A stretch of 64,000 nucleotides of DNA from Rhizodiscina lignyota (GCA_010015805.1 ML978127.1:310001-374000), one strand, 5' to 3'; counted from the stretch's first letter, positions 48,413 through 62,770 are shown. Program-made: numbers and translations. The notes: generated from the letters alone by a model not told the origin.

Positions 48413-50064
48413 GACTCTCGGCTTCTGTAATACCTGTGTAGCGTTGAGGAAGAAACTCGGTCTCGATGTAGGGCAGCTGAAAGATTGAAAGTAGAAGGAA
48501 TGTGGGAGTAACTGCAATGCCGTGATGCTCCTCCATGAATCAGAATTGACAGATTGGACACGAATGCGTCCTCGTGACTGAGTTGGCTAACACATGTCGT
48601 GCGTGGTAATGGACCTCTATTGATATTGATGTGGAAAAAATGAATGAGACATGATTCAAAAAGTCCTCGCATGTGCAAGATTTATCATGGGAACCAAGTC
48701 ATGCTTCCGAATTGCCGGGTGTTTCGACGCGGTCGGCAGTGGATGATGGTGACACGTGGATTCAGGGAACCACGAGCTCATAGCTGTCACTGTGGGCGCT
48801 CGGAAAACCAAATGAGCCTAACGTATCTGTGAAGGAACTGATTTAACTCTCTAACACTGATGAGGTATTCCCAAACGTGATCGGTGGTGAAGGCGTGGAG
48901 CGTCCAGGGGGTTTATTGCAAGAGATCAGTGGTATTGCCAGGACTGCTTCCAAGTTAGACCTTATGATAAGATCTCTCGAAAATGAACTGAATCATACAG
49001 ATGAATGCTTGACTTGAAGGAAAGGTGAGAAAAGAGAACCTTGGACACAATCGATATGCACTAGGGCAAGAAAATCTGAACTTCTGAAGGCGGCTACAGG
49101 CATTTAGGCACGTATCCATACTGTCTATGATGGCATTCGCCGCCGTATCAGTTAGATACTACTGCATTTCTCATACAAGACAACCGCATCGCTGCAGGTC
49201 ACGATGGGAAGTGGAGTATCGAGGGGCGGAAACCCCAGAGACGAAGAGCTCCCAGGAACGGCCAGAGGAAGAAACAAACCCATCATGCTACCTGAATTGA
49301 CGAGAGACGGCAACAAGTGAGGCTCAAGTTGGAGATTCGACGGCTGTGTAGTCTTGTATAGAGCTTGTAAATGAAAAGTGGAAGAGCCGTCCGATGTCTC
49401 TTTCGAGCCAAGCTTTTGGGTGTCGGAGTTTAGCTCTGCCGACATCGGCTAGCCTACCTCAGTAGAGCGCTTGGACACCCCTGAGCCTCGGCCAACTCGA
49501 ACAAACTCCTCGAAAACGACGGGGAGTTGGTATATTATATCTTGCGGAATCCTATGGATATGTAACCATTTGCAAGATGAATAGGATGTTCACAACCAGC
49601 CTCGTATAAACTTATCAGCTCAATACTTTCATTGTTCGACATGGACTACAATTTCGGAGAGTCTGGTTGTTACTTTCAACCTCTGAGACTGCGTCTCTGT
49701 TTCTATCCACTCGATGCTCAGCGCTGGCTCGGCCTCATATCGTGTTCCACATCTTCTCGCATAGGAACACCGTACTGAGTCACTCCAATCCACACAGAGT
49801 TCATGGAGACTCCAACTGTAATACGAAGGAGGGACAGATTCCTCAGAAATAAGTAAGCATTGTGGCATGTCAGCTCGGGCAAGTCTTAAGTAAGACAAGC
49901 TTTGCAAAGATATTCAGTTTGTGGCACAGCAACCAATATCGGCGCTTTCCTGTCCAACTGGTATCTTTCTTCAAGTGTTACGCCATCGTGGGACACAAAG
50001 AAATATCCATCTTCATTAATTGCAACAAAACTCAACGAAAACGCAGCTACGCCGAACCCAAAAG

Positions 50065-50682
50065 ATGGTACAGATCGAGGTACCTGCGGATGAAGAGTTC
50101 ATCTATTTCTCACAAATACCATGGTGTGCCTCATTGATAAACGCACCAGGGATGACGATTTTCAGACATCGTCCTCGCGGCTCTCTTGTAAATCCAAGAG
50201 ATAGATTCACCATCACAACGCTCGGTAAAACAGCCCAGTGTATACTTCACCACTTGACCATCTACAAAGAACCTCCACCTCGCACACAGAGCGCGCATTC
50301 TGTACCTTATTCGCCCCGTGCCAGAATTCCCGAGGTCACAACATTCTATGAGTTGGGGGAAGGGTCGAATGGTTGGGTCAATATAGTCCATGGCGGTCTA
50401 CAGGCGACGCTGATGGACGAAACGGCGGTCGAGCTTGTCACAGCATCGGAGGAGAAGTGGGATGCATACGGCTATGAGTCTCACATCGTGAGTGGCGTAA
50501 CGGCGGGCATGAACATTCGCTACCTAGCAGCGGCAAAAACGCCAGGGATATTCGCGGTGACGGCGAAGTACGGAGAGAGAGATGGAAAGAAGGTCACAAT
50601 TCACGTTATGATCAAGGACGCGAGTGGGACAGCTGTGGCAAAAGGGGAGCTTTTTTCCATCTTTCTAGAGCCGAGGCTTTGA
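50065..50682 (+). CDS. Hotdog-fold thioesterase (PaaI/THEM4-like)
   Basis: YFSQIPWCASL, LGEGSNGWVNIVHGGLQATLMDE, VTAGMNIRY..KTPG. Confidence 0.9.
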   Translation: MVQIEVPADEEFIYFSQIPWCASLINAPGMTIFRHRPRGSLVNPRDRFTITTLGKTAQCILHHLTIYKEPPPRTQSAHSVPYSPRARIPEVTTFYELGEGSNGWVNIVHGGLQATLMDETAVELVTASEEKWDAYGYESHIVSGVTAGMNIRYLAAAKTPGIFAVTAKYGERDGKKVTIHVMIKDASGTAVAKGELFSIFLEPRL

Positions 50683-51378
50683 TGCCGTACAGCGCGCCGA
50701 AGTCGCGGGCGTCGGAGAATATCCCAGCTGTCAAAGGAGGCGCCGTTAGCACCTGATGATCGAGCTGCATGCGATTCTGATACCTGCCTTGTTCAGAATC
50801 CCACATATCTCTATCTGGTCATCGAATGTCTATCGCAGAATGGCTGTCTGATAGAAGCGGTGGCGGGTCTTCGTCTGAGCTCGAATTCAGATTAGTTTAA
50901 TAGTGTATTTTATTATATTACTATTCAATCTTGAAGAAAGATCTGTCTTATCTCAGCTCGACGACGGCAGAGTTAATCGGTCGCCTGAAATTCCGTCTTC
51001 CCCACATCTCGCGCTTCGCGTCGGACCGCGAACCTGGAGGGATCAAGGTAGTGCTGGGGTCATTTGAATTTCTATTGAATCACCACCTCTTTGGAGTCTG
51101 GACATCCTCTTCCGCTCGCAACGTTTGGCAATGGCCATCGTTGGCTGCGGACCCTTCGGGGAAACAAACGCCCATCTGATGTTTCTTTTCTGTGGAAGGA
51201 TTTCCGCCATCGGCACTCGCGCAAAAGAAAATGCCTTCAGTCAAGGCTATATAAGCTGTGTGAGCAAGAGCGCTTTGCATACGCTTTGATACACACCTTA
51301 GCCCAGAGAAGAGCTGAAGCTCAATCGCAAAACATACCTAGCCTGTTCGTTCATACACCTCTTGCATCGACAGCAATC

Positions 51379-52704
51379 ATGGGCACATCAAACAGCGGGA
51401 GCCAAAGTACGCAAGTCCTCATCATTGGATCTGGACCCACAGGCTTGCTATTGGCACAGGGACTGAAGAAGGTGCGTTCTCTCGCCGACACCAAGCTTCA
51501 TCTCACATGTCCAATAATTTCAGAAGACGCCTTATCGCTTCATCACGCTAACATATACCAGTCTGGCATCAAAGCCATCGTTTTCGAAAGATATGATGAG
51601 GACAAAATCGCTTCCTATAGTCGGGATTGGAACTTTGGTCTTCATTGGGGCCATGACTCCTTGGTTGCCATGCTCCCATCTGAGCTGGCAGACAAGCTGA
51701 AAGACACGCAGACAGATCCAACCCTGGAACCTCACGATGATGACACACTACCCTTCAAGCACGGCGAGACCGGGGACATCATCTTGAGAATTCCGACTGG
51801 AAAGTTTATCCGTTACACACGCAGCAAACTCCTCAACCTGCTGAAGCAAGGCATCGACTTGCGCTGCGGCAAAGAGTTGACCAACATCCGTTACGGTGAT
51901 GCACGATCCGTAATCGCTGAGTTCGGAGACGGTACCGCCGCAACAGGACAGCTTCTTGTCGGCGCTGATGGCACTCGTTCTGCGGTTCGGAAATTGCTTC
52001 TGGGTCCTAAGGCGGAACCGAGGCGTCTCCCATATACGGCAGTATGGACGCAGAAGACGGGATTCTCCCGTGAACAAGCCATTCAATTGCGCCAGTGGAA
52101 CCCGCAGCATATGGCTGGTGTTCATCCTGCCGGTATGTTCATGTTCCATGGCATGCAGGATGTTCCAGACCTTGAGGATCCGACTCAGTGGAAGTATTTC
52201 TTCTACATATCCTGGCCTTCAAGCATCGAGTGGCAGGATTCGGCTAAGGACTTCACCAGTGAGCAATGGCTGGCTGAAGGTAGAAAACGTGCCAGCATGT
52301 GCTGCGATCCATGGCCCATAGATTTCGGAAGTCTGGCAGACGATCATCCCATGTGGCATATTTTCATGTCGGACTGGGACCCAAGTGCAGAAGGCTGCAA
52401 ATGGGATACTCACGACGGCAGAGTGACCCTGGCAGGAGATGCAGCCCATTCGATTACGTTTCAGCGAGGCCAAGGCCTTAATCATTCACTTCAAGACGTA
52501 GTGAATCTTTGGAAGGAGATTATCGCATGTCTCGGCCCAAACGCGTACTGCACCCAAGCCGACGCCATTGCACGTTACGAAGAAGAGATGGTTGCCAGGA
52601 CTGGGGCAGAGACCAAGATGTGCACTATGAATACTCATATGTTGCATGATTGGAGCAAGGTCCAGCAAAGTCCCGTATTCAAGAGAGGCGTGGCAAGAGC
52701 GTAA
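51379..52704 (+). CDS. FAD-dependent (group A) monooxygenase, 1 in-frame intron
   Basis: IIGSGPTGL, LVGADGTRSAVR, VTLAGDAAHSITFQRGQGLN; GTGCGT..CTAAC..CAG intron from 51472. Confidence 0.93.
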   Translation: MGTSNSGSQSTQVLIIGSGPTGLLLAQGLKKVRSLADTKLHLTCPIISEDALSLHHANIYQSGIKAIVFERYDEDKIASYSRDWNFGLHWGHDSLVAMLPSELADKLKDTQTDPTLEPHDDDTLPFKHGETGDIILRIPTGKFIRYTRSKLLNLLKQGIDLRCGKELTNIRYGDARSVIAEFGDGTAATGQLLVGADGTRSAVRKLLLGPKAEPRRLPYTAVWTQKTGFSREQAIQLRQWNPQHMAGVHPAGMFMFHGMQDVPDLEDPTQWKYFFYISWPSSIEWQDSAKDFTSEQWLAEGRKRASMCCDPWPIDFGSLADDHPMWHIFMSDWDPSAEGCKWDTHDGRVTLAGDAAHSITFQRGQGLNHSLQDVVNLWKEIIACLGPNAYCTQADAIARYEEEMVARTGAETKMCTMNTHMLHDWSKVQQSPVFKRGVARA

Positions 52705-53044
52705 GCATCGTGCCCGACAAACCAACCCATCCACAACAGTGAAACATACTGGCTCATTCCTTGCACAACACGCCGATTTTTCATTTTTTTTTCAGACAGC
52801 ATCTAACATCAATTTAAGGAACCATCATGTTCGCAGCGAGTCAGAGCGTCAGTTGTTACGGCGAATCTTCCTGGAGCCGGCCCATGTGCATGCGTAAAGA
52901 GAGGAACAGTCAGCAAGCGGAGTTGGCAACCCATCAACTGCGGTCAATGCCACTTGGTTGCAAGATCGGGGTTATAGCTTGAACAAATTGTATCATTCGT
53001 GGAGACTTTTTTCTTTCTTGAAATCCAGGTTTATCTGTTTGACG

Positions 53045-53936
53045 TTACTGCGTCAAGTATCCTCCGTCCATGGTCAACATGCTCCCGTGTACAAAGTTAC
53101 TCCGGGAACCCAGCAGCCACACGACTCCTTCCGCAATCTCCTCCGGCAATCCAAACCTCTTCATCGGTGTCCAGTTGTTTATCTTGTTCAACGCGTTCTC
53201 GCGCATTTCCCCCGGTGCACTCGTCAATGGCGTCTTGATATACCCAGGTACTATGCAGTTGTTCTTGATTTCTGGGTCGTCTAATGCGGCCGTCCTCATG
53301 AGACCGGCTACACCGTGTTTCGCGGCAGTATATGCGCCAGAGCGTTGGAGGCCATTCACGGCGGCCAGTGAGGCGATGCTAACGATTGAGCCACGCTGCG
53401 TTGGCGCATATGCCCTGCACGAAACATTATTCATGTCAGCTTCATAACTTTTCTTCTGTCGAGAAGAGCTCATACCCTGAGGAAGGCATTGGATCTTGCG
53501 TCCGCATCTGGTGCATCTCTGCCTTCATGCTGAGCCACACTCCAGTGAGATTAATTCCAATCATCCTCTCCCAGTCTTCCATCTTCGTATCCGCTACCGA
53601 TTCTTTCAATCCGATACCTGCACAGTTGACAGCATAATCTACTCTGCCGAATGCTTCAACTGCCTTGGCGACCATGGCTTTGCACGAGTCTTCGTTGCGG
53701 ACATCCACTACAATGGCCACGGTCTTGAAATTCGGATTCGTTGCCAGCTCTGATATCTCTTTTTGGACAGCCTGCACAGCAGCCTCATTGATATCAGCCA
53801 GAGCTATCCCAGCACTAGCTTCACGGGCCAGTAACCTGACAATTGCACGTCCAATGCCTGAACCAGCTCCTGTCACGAGCGCATATCCAGGGACCCCCAA
53901 AGCAGACTTTGGTGCGTTCCCCTCCGTGGATCCCAT
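53045..53936 (-). CDS. Classical short-chain dehydrogenase/reductase, 1 intron
   Basis: VTGAGSGIG, VNCAGI, IVSIAS, YTAAK, PGYIKTP, MDGG. Confidence 0.95.
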
Positions 53937-54406
53937 GGTAGATATCAATAAACCCGGATTCGTCTAGTTCAGACCTAAGTGTACTCTTGGTATGTATAGT
54001 GGTCGTTAAAATCTTTAGAGAATGCCCTCAGGAATAAATTTGCGGGGATTCTGGGATTCGCGTCTTTAAAACGAAAGACGCGTCGTGATGCTCCGTGGAT
54101 CAAGACTAGCAGCTTCCGCCTTACTTGCATGAGCATCAGGTCCGCCGGATTTACCATAGGTACACTCTTTAATCGGCACTTCGCATCCCGCAATTGAATT
54201 CCGCTTCACGCGACCTCCCGAATTTTGAGATATTATTTACCGCCGCCTTAATCGGTCCAGCTTGCTTAAGTGGCGGGCCTGACGGCACACTGACACGCAC
54301 CAGGGATACAATCCTTTCCGCAACACTCTATTTCCCCGAGTTGTTTTGCTAATATTTCTTTGAGTGTGTCGCATTTGGTTTATCTAAAGCGCACAGCAGA
54401 GTGCGC

Positions 54407-55544
54407 CTACTTTGCTTTTGCGTGTGCAACTCGGCAATCCTCATCAAGCGATTCCCAAAACGAGGGACCAGCCGGCTTCCAACCGATCTTCCGAGCCCTT
54501 GCCGATTCTCCCCGACTGTTCGAGCCCCAGAGATATAGAACTAGACCCGGAGCATCAGGCAATAGAGCAGCTACTTGATCTTTCGTCCAAGACACGGCCT
54601 TTGCATCCCTTGGTAAGAATCCCTGTTTTCTGCCGAGAGCAGCAATTGCCTCAGCGGCGTCCCTCCACCGGACACTATCTGATACAGCGAAGTAGAAACC
54701 CTACATTATCGTCATTATTAGCATCGTAGCATCAACTCGGAGTGCAGACCGACCTCTCGACCCCAGTCCGCACCACTACCCCCTTCAATTGCCTTCTCAA
54801 GGATGAGGATGAAGAGATTCACTACATCATCAATGTGAGTCACGGCACGGATATTATTGCCTTCACCCAGATAAAACGCCTCCTTGTGCTCCAGCAATGC
54901 CTCAACATATCTGGGAACCAGAAAAGTTGCGCGGTTTCCGATTCCGGTGCCCTCACCGTAAATATCGGGAGGGCAGATTATGGCTGTCTTGACAATGTCA
55001 TTGTCGGCGTCCATGAACCATTGATCGATTGTATGATGTGCTGCCTCAGGCGGCAGGTCATAAATCTCTTTGATTTCGGCGATATCGTGCCATTGATGTG
55101 GATTGTACTTCCCTTCCCACGTCTGTTCGAGCTTGTCCGAAATGCAGCCTGTACCAGACAAATGGATGACGAAACAACGTTCTGATCTCTTCGCAACTCC
55201 GTCGAGAATAGCTTTTGCGCAGCCTTCGTGGTCGATGTCGCCGGCGTCTACAACAGGTTTCAGTTGGTTGCATGCGTTCGACGAGTACACCCGCTATGGA
55301 CAGGGCTTTAGCACGTACGGATAACAATGTCTGCCTCCGATGCAGCCTTAGAAATTACGTCAAAGTCGTCAAAAGATCCCTTTACGACATTGACGGTGGG
55401 GTATTCCTCAGAATACTCTCTGGATGGAGAGCGAAGGAGGGCGGTGATGCTGAGAGCTTGACCGTGTCTCTTGAGAATCTCTCCGAGCACGGCTCCACCA
55501 ATGTAACCAGTGGTGCCTGTGATGAAAAGCTTTTTAGGAGCCAT
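54407..55544 (-). CDS. NAD(P)-binding extended/atypical SDR (epimerase/NmrA-like), 2 introns
   Basis: FITGTTGYIGG, IHLSGTG, ICPPDIYGEGTG, THIDDVVNLF, WGSNSRGESARARKIGWKP. Confidence 0.9.
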
Positions 55545-57029
55545 CGTTAAGGCGACTGAAGCTAAGCTGTGAAGAAACGCGGACGCCTACACATCGCCCA
55601 ACATAAGGATCAAGAGGCCAATTATTCTCCCAAAGAAATTTTTATAACTCCTCCATTGGACCCTCTTTCTTCCCAAAAACGTTGAGCGAGTATATCCTCG
55701 GCATATATGCTTTGAAATTGACTTCAGACTGAAAACTCCATGGCATTGTGCAGTACGCGCTGACAAATTGCAAATGGAGATGCAATAACGCGTGAGCACG
55801 TGCTGCGATCGGACGGATTCATAACCCGAGCGCGCGCGCTCTCTTCTTCTCTAACTCTCACCCAAGAAAATCTCGACAAGAAATATTGAAGAGCAAAAAG
55901 GAGGATTATTGCGGCATCGAAACCCTCATTTATTAAATAATACTTTAACATTCTTTCAACATCTCTCTTCGCTGGTGAAACGGTTGCATAAGGAAAGAAA
56001 ATCGATGACATTCTGAGATATCAATCGACATTGATCATAGTAGAATTTTGACTTGCCTAGTTCAATACTACGAGTCCCTTTCACGATGAAAGAGGCCGCT
56101 TGAGGGTTTACGTCCAAAATCTCCAATTACCTTTTCTTACCACCATTCTGCGGGTTTCGGCTAACAGGCTTAGTTCCGTAGAGTACAATGTAGACTTCGA
56201 AGGAAGACCGCATTTTGTTCGAATCCCAACTTTCTCTCTACCGAACGCTCTTCCATCGCGACGATAAATATCAGAAAGATTATCTGAACTGGAGAAAGTC
56301 GCAAATCAAGAATATGCTCCAGTCATATGCATATGACTACACCCATATTCTGTGCAGAGGACAGAATCATGCAAGATGCGAATACACATCTTTTTCAAGC
56401 GAGACATGTTATAGTGTGGAATATTCTCGCCCTGTCGAGAGATTCCTCCATGAGGATTACTCTCTTTCCTACTCTCGAGCATACGTGATGAGTACTTACC
56501 CAACTACTACTGCTCGAGCCGGATGGGATACGTGTTCTGGAACAGCATTCACTGCCTAGTCAAAGTAAGAATTGACTTTTTAATGAATTTGGAACGATGA
56601 TTTAACGATGGACAAGCGTCAATGTTGAGGGAGCGGTTCACCCAGATCGAAGCCTGCAGTTAATCAAATCATACTGTTTACAACCGGGCATATACTTATG
56701 AAGACCCAGGCCTGTCCAGCCTTGAAACAGGCTCATTTACAAATAGTATGGTCATGACTCGAGTTTCGCTTATATGTTGCGTTCTCGGCGGTCTTCAGGT
56801 ACCCCGCGTGACTGTGGCCTTCCCGATCCCCGGCTACATGCTCCCCTGACGCGATCGAACATATACCCGGTTTCCTGCACATGAACCCTTCTCCAGATTT
56901 TGAATAATCTCCAAGCCTTCCCCACATACGCGTGTTATCTGCACTTGGTGCTGATCGTTGGAATATCTTCTCGAATGTCCTGCTTGATCCTCTTTACGGT
57001 TTCTAAAAATCGTTTTATGAAATCGTATC

Positions 57030-59798
57030 ATGGCGAATTCTAGTGCTACTGGCCCAAAGAAGCATGTAACCACTGCTTGTACGTTTTGCCGACGAAGAAA
57101 GATCAAAGTGGGTCCCGATCTCCAGGTCGTATACGATGGATGAATGCTAACAAGGACGAAAGTGCGACGGGCGGACACCGATATGTTCGAATTGCGCGAC
57201 CAACAAGCGCGTATGCGAGTACAATTGCGAAGAGGACAAGAGAAAGTAGGCAACCCCAGCCTCTGAGGACCTGGCGAGGGAACCTTTCAATTCTGATTTA
57301 TGCAGTGAACTATTAAGCATATCAAGCTGACAACAGTCACAGAATATCTTATAAGAGGAGCCTAAACTCCCTGCTCGCACGTGTAAGGCTGTTGGAACAC
57401 TTGTTGGAAGAAAATGGCATAGTTGTGCCACCCGAAGAATACGATGTAAACCTCTCTCAAAGCCCGACGACTGCCAGAACGAGTTCCATCGCAGAAGAAA
57501 TTCCAAGTGGCGAAGACACCTTGGCCCAGAAGCACTCTCCCGCCGAGTCAAGTCCCACACAAGCCACGTTGGTATCGCTCCAACAAAGAGACGCCCCACT
57601 AGACGCAATCACAACGCCAGCCAATTTGCCAACTCCCCCATTCGATGCCGATTCCCAAGGTTCCCAATCAGATGCAGACAGCGTCACTGATGAACTGGCC
57701 GCTCAAATGGGAACATTGAAAATTGCTGAAGATGGACAACTCCGGTACTATGGACCGACATCGAATCTGCATATAGTCCATAACGGCATCTCATCTCTCG
57801 CCCGAGGGAACATCCGATCGGTGTCCGAAGAGGGACAGACCGCAATGCAAAAGCTCGGCGTTGGCCAACACGTCGATCCTGAAGTCGAAATGCATCTCAT
57901 CAAGCTGTATTTCGCTTGGGAAGACCCATCAATCCATGTCGTGGATGAAGAGATGTTCTACGAGGAGCGCGGTAAATGGGCCATGGGTGCCACTGACACT
58001 CCTTTTTATTCGGAAACCCTGAATAATGCCATTTGCGCCGTGGGAGCGAGCTTGAATACAGGCGTTAAACTCAGTGTGCCCGAACCCGCGGACGAGTTCT
58101 TCAGCGCAAGAGCTAAGGCTCTGCTTGAGATTGAGATGGACAGCCCATCGATTGCGACAGTCCAGGCTCTTGTGATTATGAGCGCTACTGAAGCAGCTTG
58201 CACAAGGGATGCAAGAGGCTGGCTCTATTGCGGTATGGCGGTGAGGCTGAGTGGTGATTTAGGTTTGCATCTCGATGTATCGGAACAGGTCAGCAAAGGC
58301 ATCTTTAGTCAACGTGATCTCGAAGCCAGGCGAACAACGTACTGGGGCGTATACATCCACGAAAGCATGTGGAGTCTTTACCTTGGACGCCCATGGTAAG
58401 CGCTCTGGTGTAAACATCAATTTAGAACCCGTGCTAATTTGCTCCGCGAGTTTAGGGGCATCTCTCATCAGAATATCACAATTGGTCTCCCCCGGCGTGA
58501 GCTAGATGCCGAGAAAAATAGACGATGGACGCCATACGGAAGCAGCACAGAGCGCCTTCAGATTAATAATGACATGAACTTGGACGATCCTGTTGAAGCA
58601 TACGGTGAAGCTTGTGTGTCGTTGTGTGAGTTAATGCGGAAGATCAACAGAACGCTGTAAGCGACATCTCTGACCTGTGAATCACGCATCCGCTAACATT
58701 TGGATGCAGATACTCCGGCCAGCGGACAAAAATATCTGCACTAATAACATTTGCCCAAGAGACACGGAGACACCTTTCGTTTTGGTTAGATTCACTGCCT
58801 CTAGAGTTGAAAATTAATACGACAGATCCGCAACGCATCTATGCTCCTCATGTTCTCCAGTTACAGTAAGTTGGTGACTGTCCCACGACGTCAGTAGTGT
58901 GCTAAATTACTTTAGTATGCAATACTATGCATTATGCATCTTCCTTGACCGTCCCTACTTCTCCCGCAACCTTCTTCGCGATCCCAGTCTTGCGCCCGCT
59001 TCCATCATTGAAGAGACGAGAAACGCTCGCACGCATTGCACTGCATCAGCCAGTTCTTTTGCACAGGTCCTGCGCCTGCTTCGAGAACAACACACGCTCC
59101 GACAAACGAATGTCCAGCTCGTCCACCTCATTTTCACTGCTTCTCTGATTCACGCCTACAATGCCTGCACGCTCACTCTATCAAAACGATCCAAAGGCAA
59201 CACCCATGATGCTCTGGACGACCTACAGACCTGTTGCCAGGCACTACGAGAAATGAGTCAGAGTTGGCAAAATGCAACTAGAGCTTTGGAGGTGATCATT
59301 TGCATCAAGCAAGCATGGCAAAGCAAAATCACCGTCCATCAAACACTATCGATGAAGCGGCCATTCCCTCGAGCGGGCGAAGATGATATTGACCATCCGA
59401 AGAGCCGCCAGAGAACTGGCGCTACGAACGTTTCTAAAATGCAATATGCTCTATTACCTCCATACCAACCGGAACTGGTGACAGACCATCCTGTCCCCGA
59501 GACCATTTCAGGGATGCTCGCGACAGCCTCCATGCCATTAGACAACCTACCAGGACCAGCAGATTCCGGCATGGAGGATGCAAGTCTGGAGTCATGCAGC
59601 TGGCAATACTTGAGCTTCGCAGAATCCGGACCTGGGCTCTCCGAAGCGGACGGAATGGGAATCCACGCAGACATCAACACATTGTTTCCAACTACAAGCG
59701 GTCAGGAGGACATGCTTTATCTTATGGAAACTTTTGATCCGCTTGATGACTTATTAGCTCTTGAAGGGCCAAATGCGTCAGAAATCCTGTCCCGATGA
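57030..59798 (+). CDS. Zn(II)2Cys6 transcription factor with fungal-specific middle homology domain, 5 introns
   Basis: ACTFCRRRKIK|CDGRTPICSNCATNKRVC; LRYYGPTSNL; GWLYCGMAVRLSGDLGLHLD; RRTTYWG..SLYLGRP. Confidence 0.95.
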
Positions 59799-60096
59799 AA
59801 AATGTCATGCTCGAGGGTGACAAAGTAGTTGAGCGCCATCTACTCCGTATCGGGTCCAGTTTACATGAGTTTTGCTCTTCAACACAAGCGGGAGCGTCTC
59901 TGAAGGCCCGGTTCGAGACACTTCACACGATGGTGATTAAGAGTACACGGCTTTCATTGCGACAATTTGTATTGGCTGAAGAGGATATGCAGCCCGGTAG
60001 TTCAATATACTGCGGCTGTGGGTTAATCCTTTCGACAACCTTAAGGCCATGGTCGATCTGGAATGAATACGCATAATGTATAAAACTCGGCACTTG

Positions 60097-62016
60097 CTAA
60101 ACGAGCCTGACGCTACTCGAAGACACGGAAGAAAGGAAATTCTGGAACGTATCCAAGAATCTTTCCGGATAAACAAATGGCATCTTCTGCTGCGCCATAA
60201 TCATCCCAGCAAACAGCACGCCTACTACACCGAGCTTCGACATTGCACCCGCCTTCGCGTACCTATACAGTCTCCGCAAAAACCAAGTATAGTCGCCTCC
60301 ACTGAGCGTGTAACTCTTCCATTGCGGTACCCATGTTGCGTACCAGAAGTGAGCCGCTTTCCCCGGCCATGATGCGGAATTACGACCCGCGGAATTGATG
60401 TACCAGTTAGAACAGCCGGCGGAAAAGACGGCACCAGAGAGCTTCAACTGTTCGTCCATCTCGACTGCGAATTGCTCCTCTGCTGCAGCTTTTACCTCTA
60501 TTGTCCGTGCACGATGGTCTATGATGGGAGCGAAGAGCGTTTTGGCAATGTATTCGACTTGGACTTCGCTCGAATAGATAACGGAGTTATGGGCGGGAAA
60601 GGTATTTGGACCGAATCTGTGTTATTCGCGATCAGTAACTTGGAGAGCGAGGGGAAAAGGACGAGCAGGAACCTACAATATTGCGAAATTTGGAAAGTTG
60701 TGGACATACGTGCCCAAGTACGCTTGAGCACCTCTGTGTTTGTCCCATTGACGATGGATCTTCTCACCGTTCTTTCCCACCAGCTCGATCGTGGCGAGGA
60801 AGTTCTGCACTTGGAATCCAGTAGCAAGAACAATAACGTCGAACTCTTCGTGAATGCCGCTATCACTCACAATACCAGTCGGATCAATGCGTTTGATTCC
60901 CTCCGGGATCAACTCGACGTTCTTGCAATGCAGAGTCTTGAGGTAGTCCGGGTCGAATATTCTCCTCTTGCAGCCTAACTTAAAGTTAGTGAGCGCTTGA
61001 GTGAATCGAATGTATCTATCTGTACCAAGTGGGAATTCTGGGACTATGAAGTCATGGTATTCCTTCGGTGTCATCTTGTATATGTATTCCTTAGCATGTT
61101 GCTCAACTCCAGCTCTGTGCTCTTTCGATGCCTCTGTCGAACCGTATGTCTTTGCTAAGCTGTCGCTGTCGAGAAATAGACGCAAGCGTAGACAGCGTTG
61201 GACAAACGGGACGTACTTGAAGCAAAGCTTTTCGAAACTTGTAAAGGCTCGGTTTGGTCGCTCGTGATACCATTGGGGACTTCGAGCGTACTGTGTCACT
61301 TTCAGCACCTTCGGTTGTACTGCTGGAATTACTTGTGCAGCACTGCAGCCGTTCCCAATGACTGCCATACGCTTGCCCTTGTAGTCATACCCGTGTTCCC
61401 ATTGAGCTGTATGGAATATTCGTCCGTTGAAAGTGTCCATTCCAGGAAATTCGACGTTGCGAGGCTCAGAAATGCCGCCGACGGCAGAGACAAAGATTGT
61501 CGCTGACCGAGAAAACGCCAATCCAGTCTTCATGTCCTTCAGCTGTACGAGCCAGGTATTGCTTTCTGACATCCATTGCGCCCCGATACAACTGACTCCG
61601 CATTTAAAGTGTGGCCGTAGGTTGAACTTATCGACTGTGGCTTCCATGTCTGGCAACTGTGAGCTATTCCTCAAAGATCTGTTCATCACACGTCACGAAC
61701 TCACACTCAAGAATCTCGTTCTGTTCGCATAATTCTTTAGACCAGTTCGGATTAAGATTGAAGCTGAATGAGTAGAGATGACTCGGTACATCACAGCCGC
61801 AGCCTGGATAGGTGTTTCTTCTCCAGGTCCCGCCAACACCTTCAAGTTTCTCGAAGACCTGAATGATATGAGTAGGGCTCTTAACCTCCAATGCTCGTCG
61901 GGGAGACACACCTCGAAATTGTCGAATCCAAGTCGACACTTGAGCGTGTGCGCCAATGCTATTCCTGATGGGCCAGCACCTACTATAATGGCACTAGGTG
62001 TTGGAGGAGACGCCAT
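60097..62016 (-). CDS. Baeyer-Villiger monooxygenase family flavoprotein, 4 introns
   Basis: IVGAGPSG, GGTWRRNTYPGCGCDVPSHLYSFS, FNGRIFHTAQW (FxGxxxHxxxW), VIGNGCSA, LATGF, GCSNWY. Confidence 0.93.
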
Positions 62017-62770
62017 GATGAAGATGCTAAATTTTTGCTCTTTTTAAGGCAATATCACGGAGGCCCAACTCAGACAAGGACAGTTTCCTGATACCTGCGA
62101 ATTTCAAAAGGCAAGGAGATACACAGCTGCAAGATTGCAAGAAATGAACGAAGGCAGCAAAAAGAAAAAAGAAGGCAGGAATATCCCACGAATTCAACTT
62201 CGTCCAATACGATTTGAATAATTGAGCTCGAGCATATTCCGTTCTCGGCCATGCCTTTACCCCGGACTCAACGCGCACGGATACGATATGTCGTACGCTC
62301 CAAACCTAGCTCAGCTTCCGTCATACTCTTCCCGGTAGAGCGAAGATATGTCGCTACAGAGTACATGGAAATGGACTCCGTCCGCATTGTTTGGAAGAAG
62401 CGAAGTCAACGAGCGAATCAGACGCTGACGGGAAATGATTCCGCCTCTAACGAGATAGGGTTAAGCGGGTTCGCAGGGATTGAAGCCCATGGGCATATTG
62501 TGGAGTCTGGGGTTCATCGTCACCAACTTTACCACCCAGAATTATTCGGAAGATGGCATGAATCCTGACGCTCTCGGATCGATCGCGGCGAAAGACTAGA
62601 GACTAAGTGGCAGCCATGTTCATATATACTTCTCCGCATCATGCACTCTTTCCTTCCCCCCTCTCGGTACATATAGACTCGCTAGCATATCCATCGCTCC
62701 TCTGTTCTCTGTCCAAATCTTCACTGGATTCAAATCTCTTTGCTGAATTCTTTATTGTTTCGTAGTAGCG

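Noticed and set aside
55600..56600. AT-rich ORF fragments in the SDR/TF divergent promoter
   Set aside because: No homology recognised; consistent with ordinary promoter DNA
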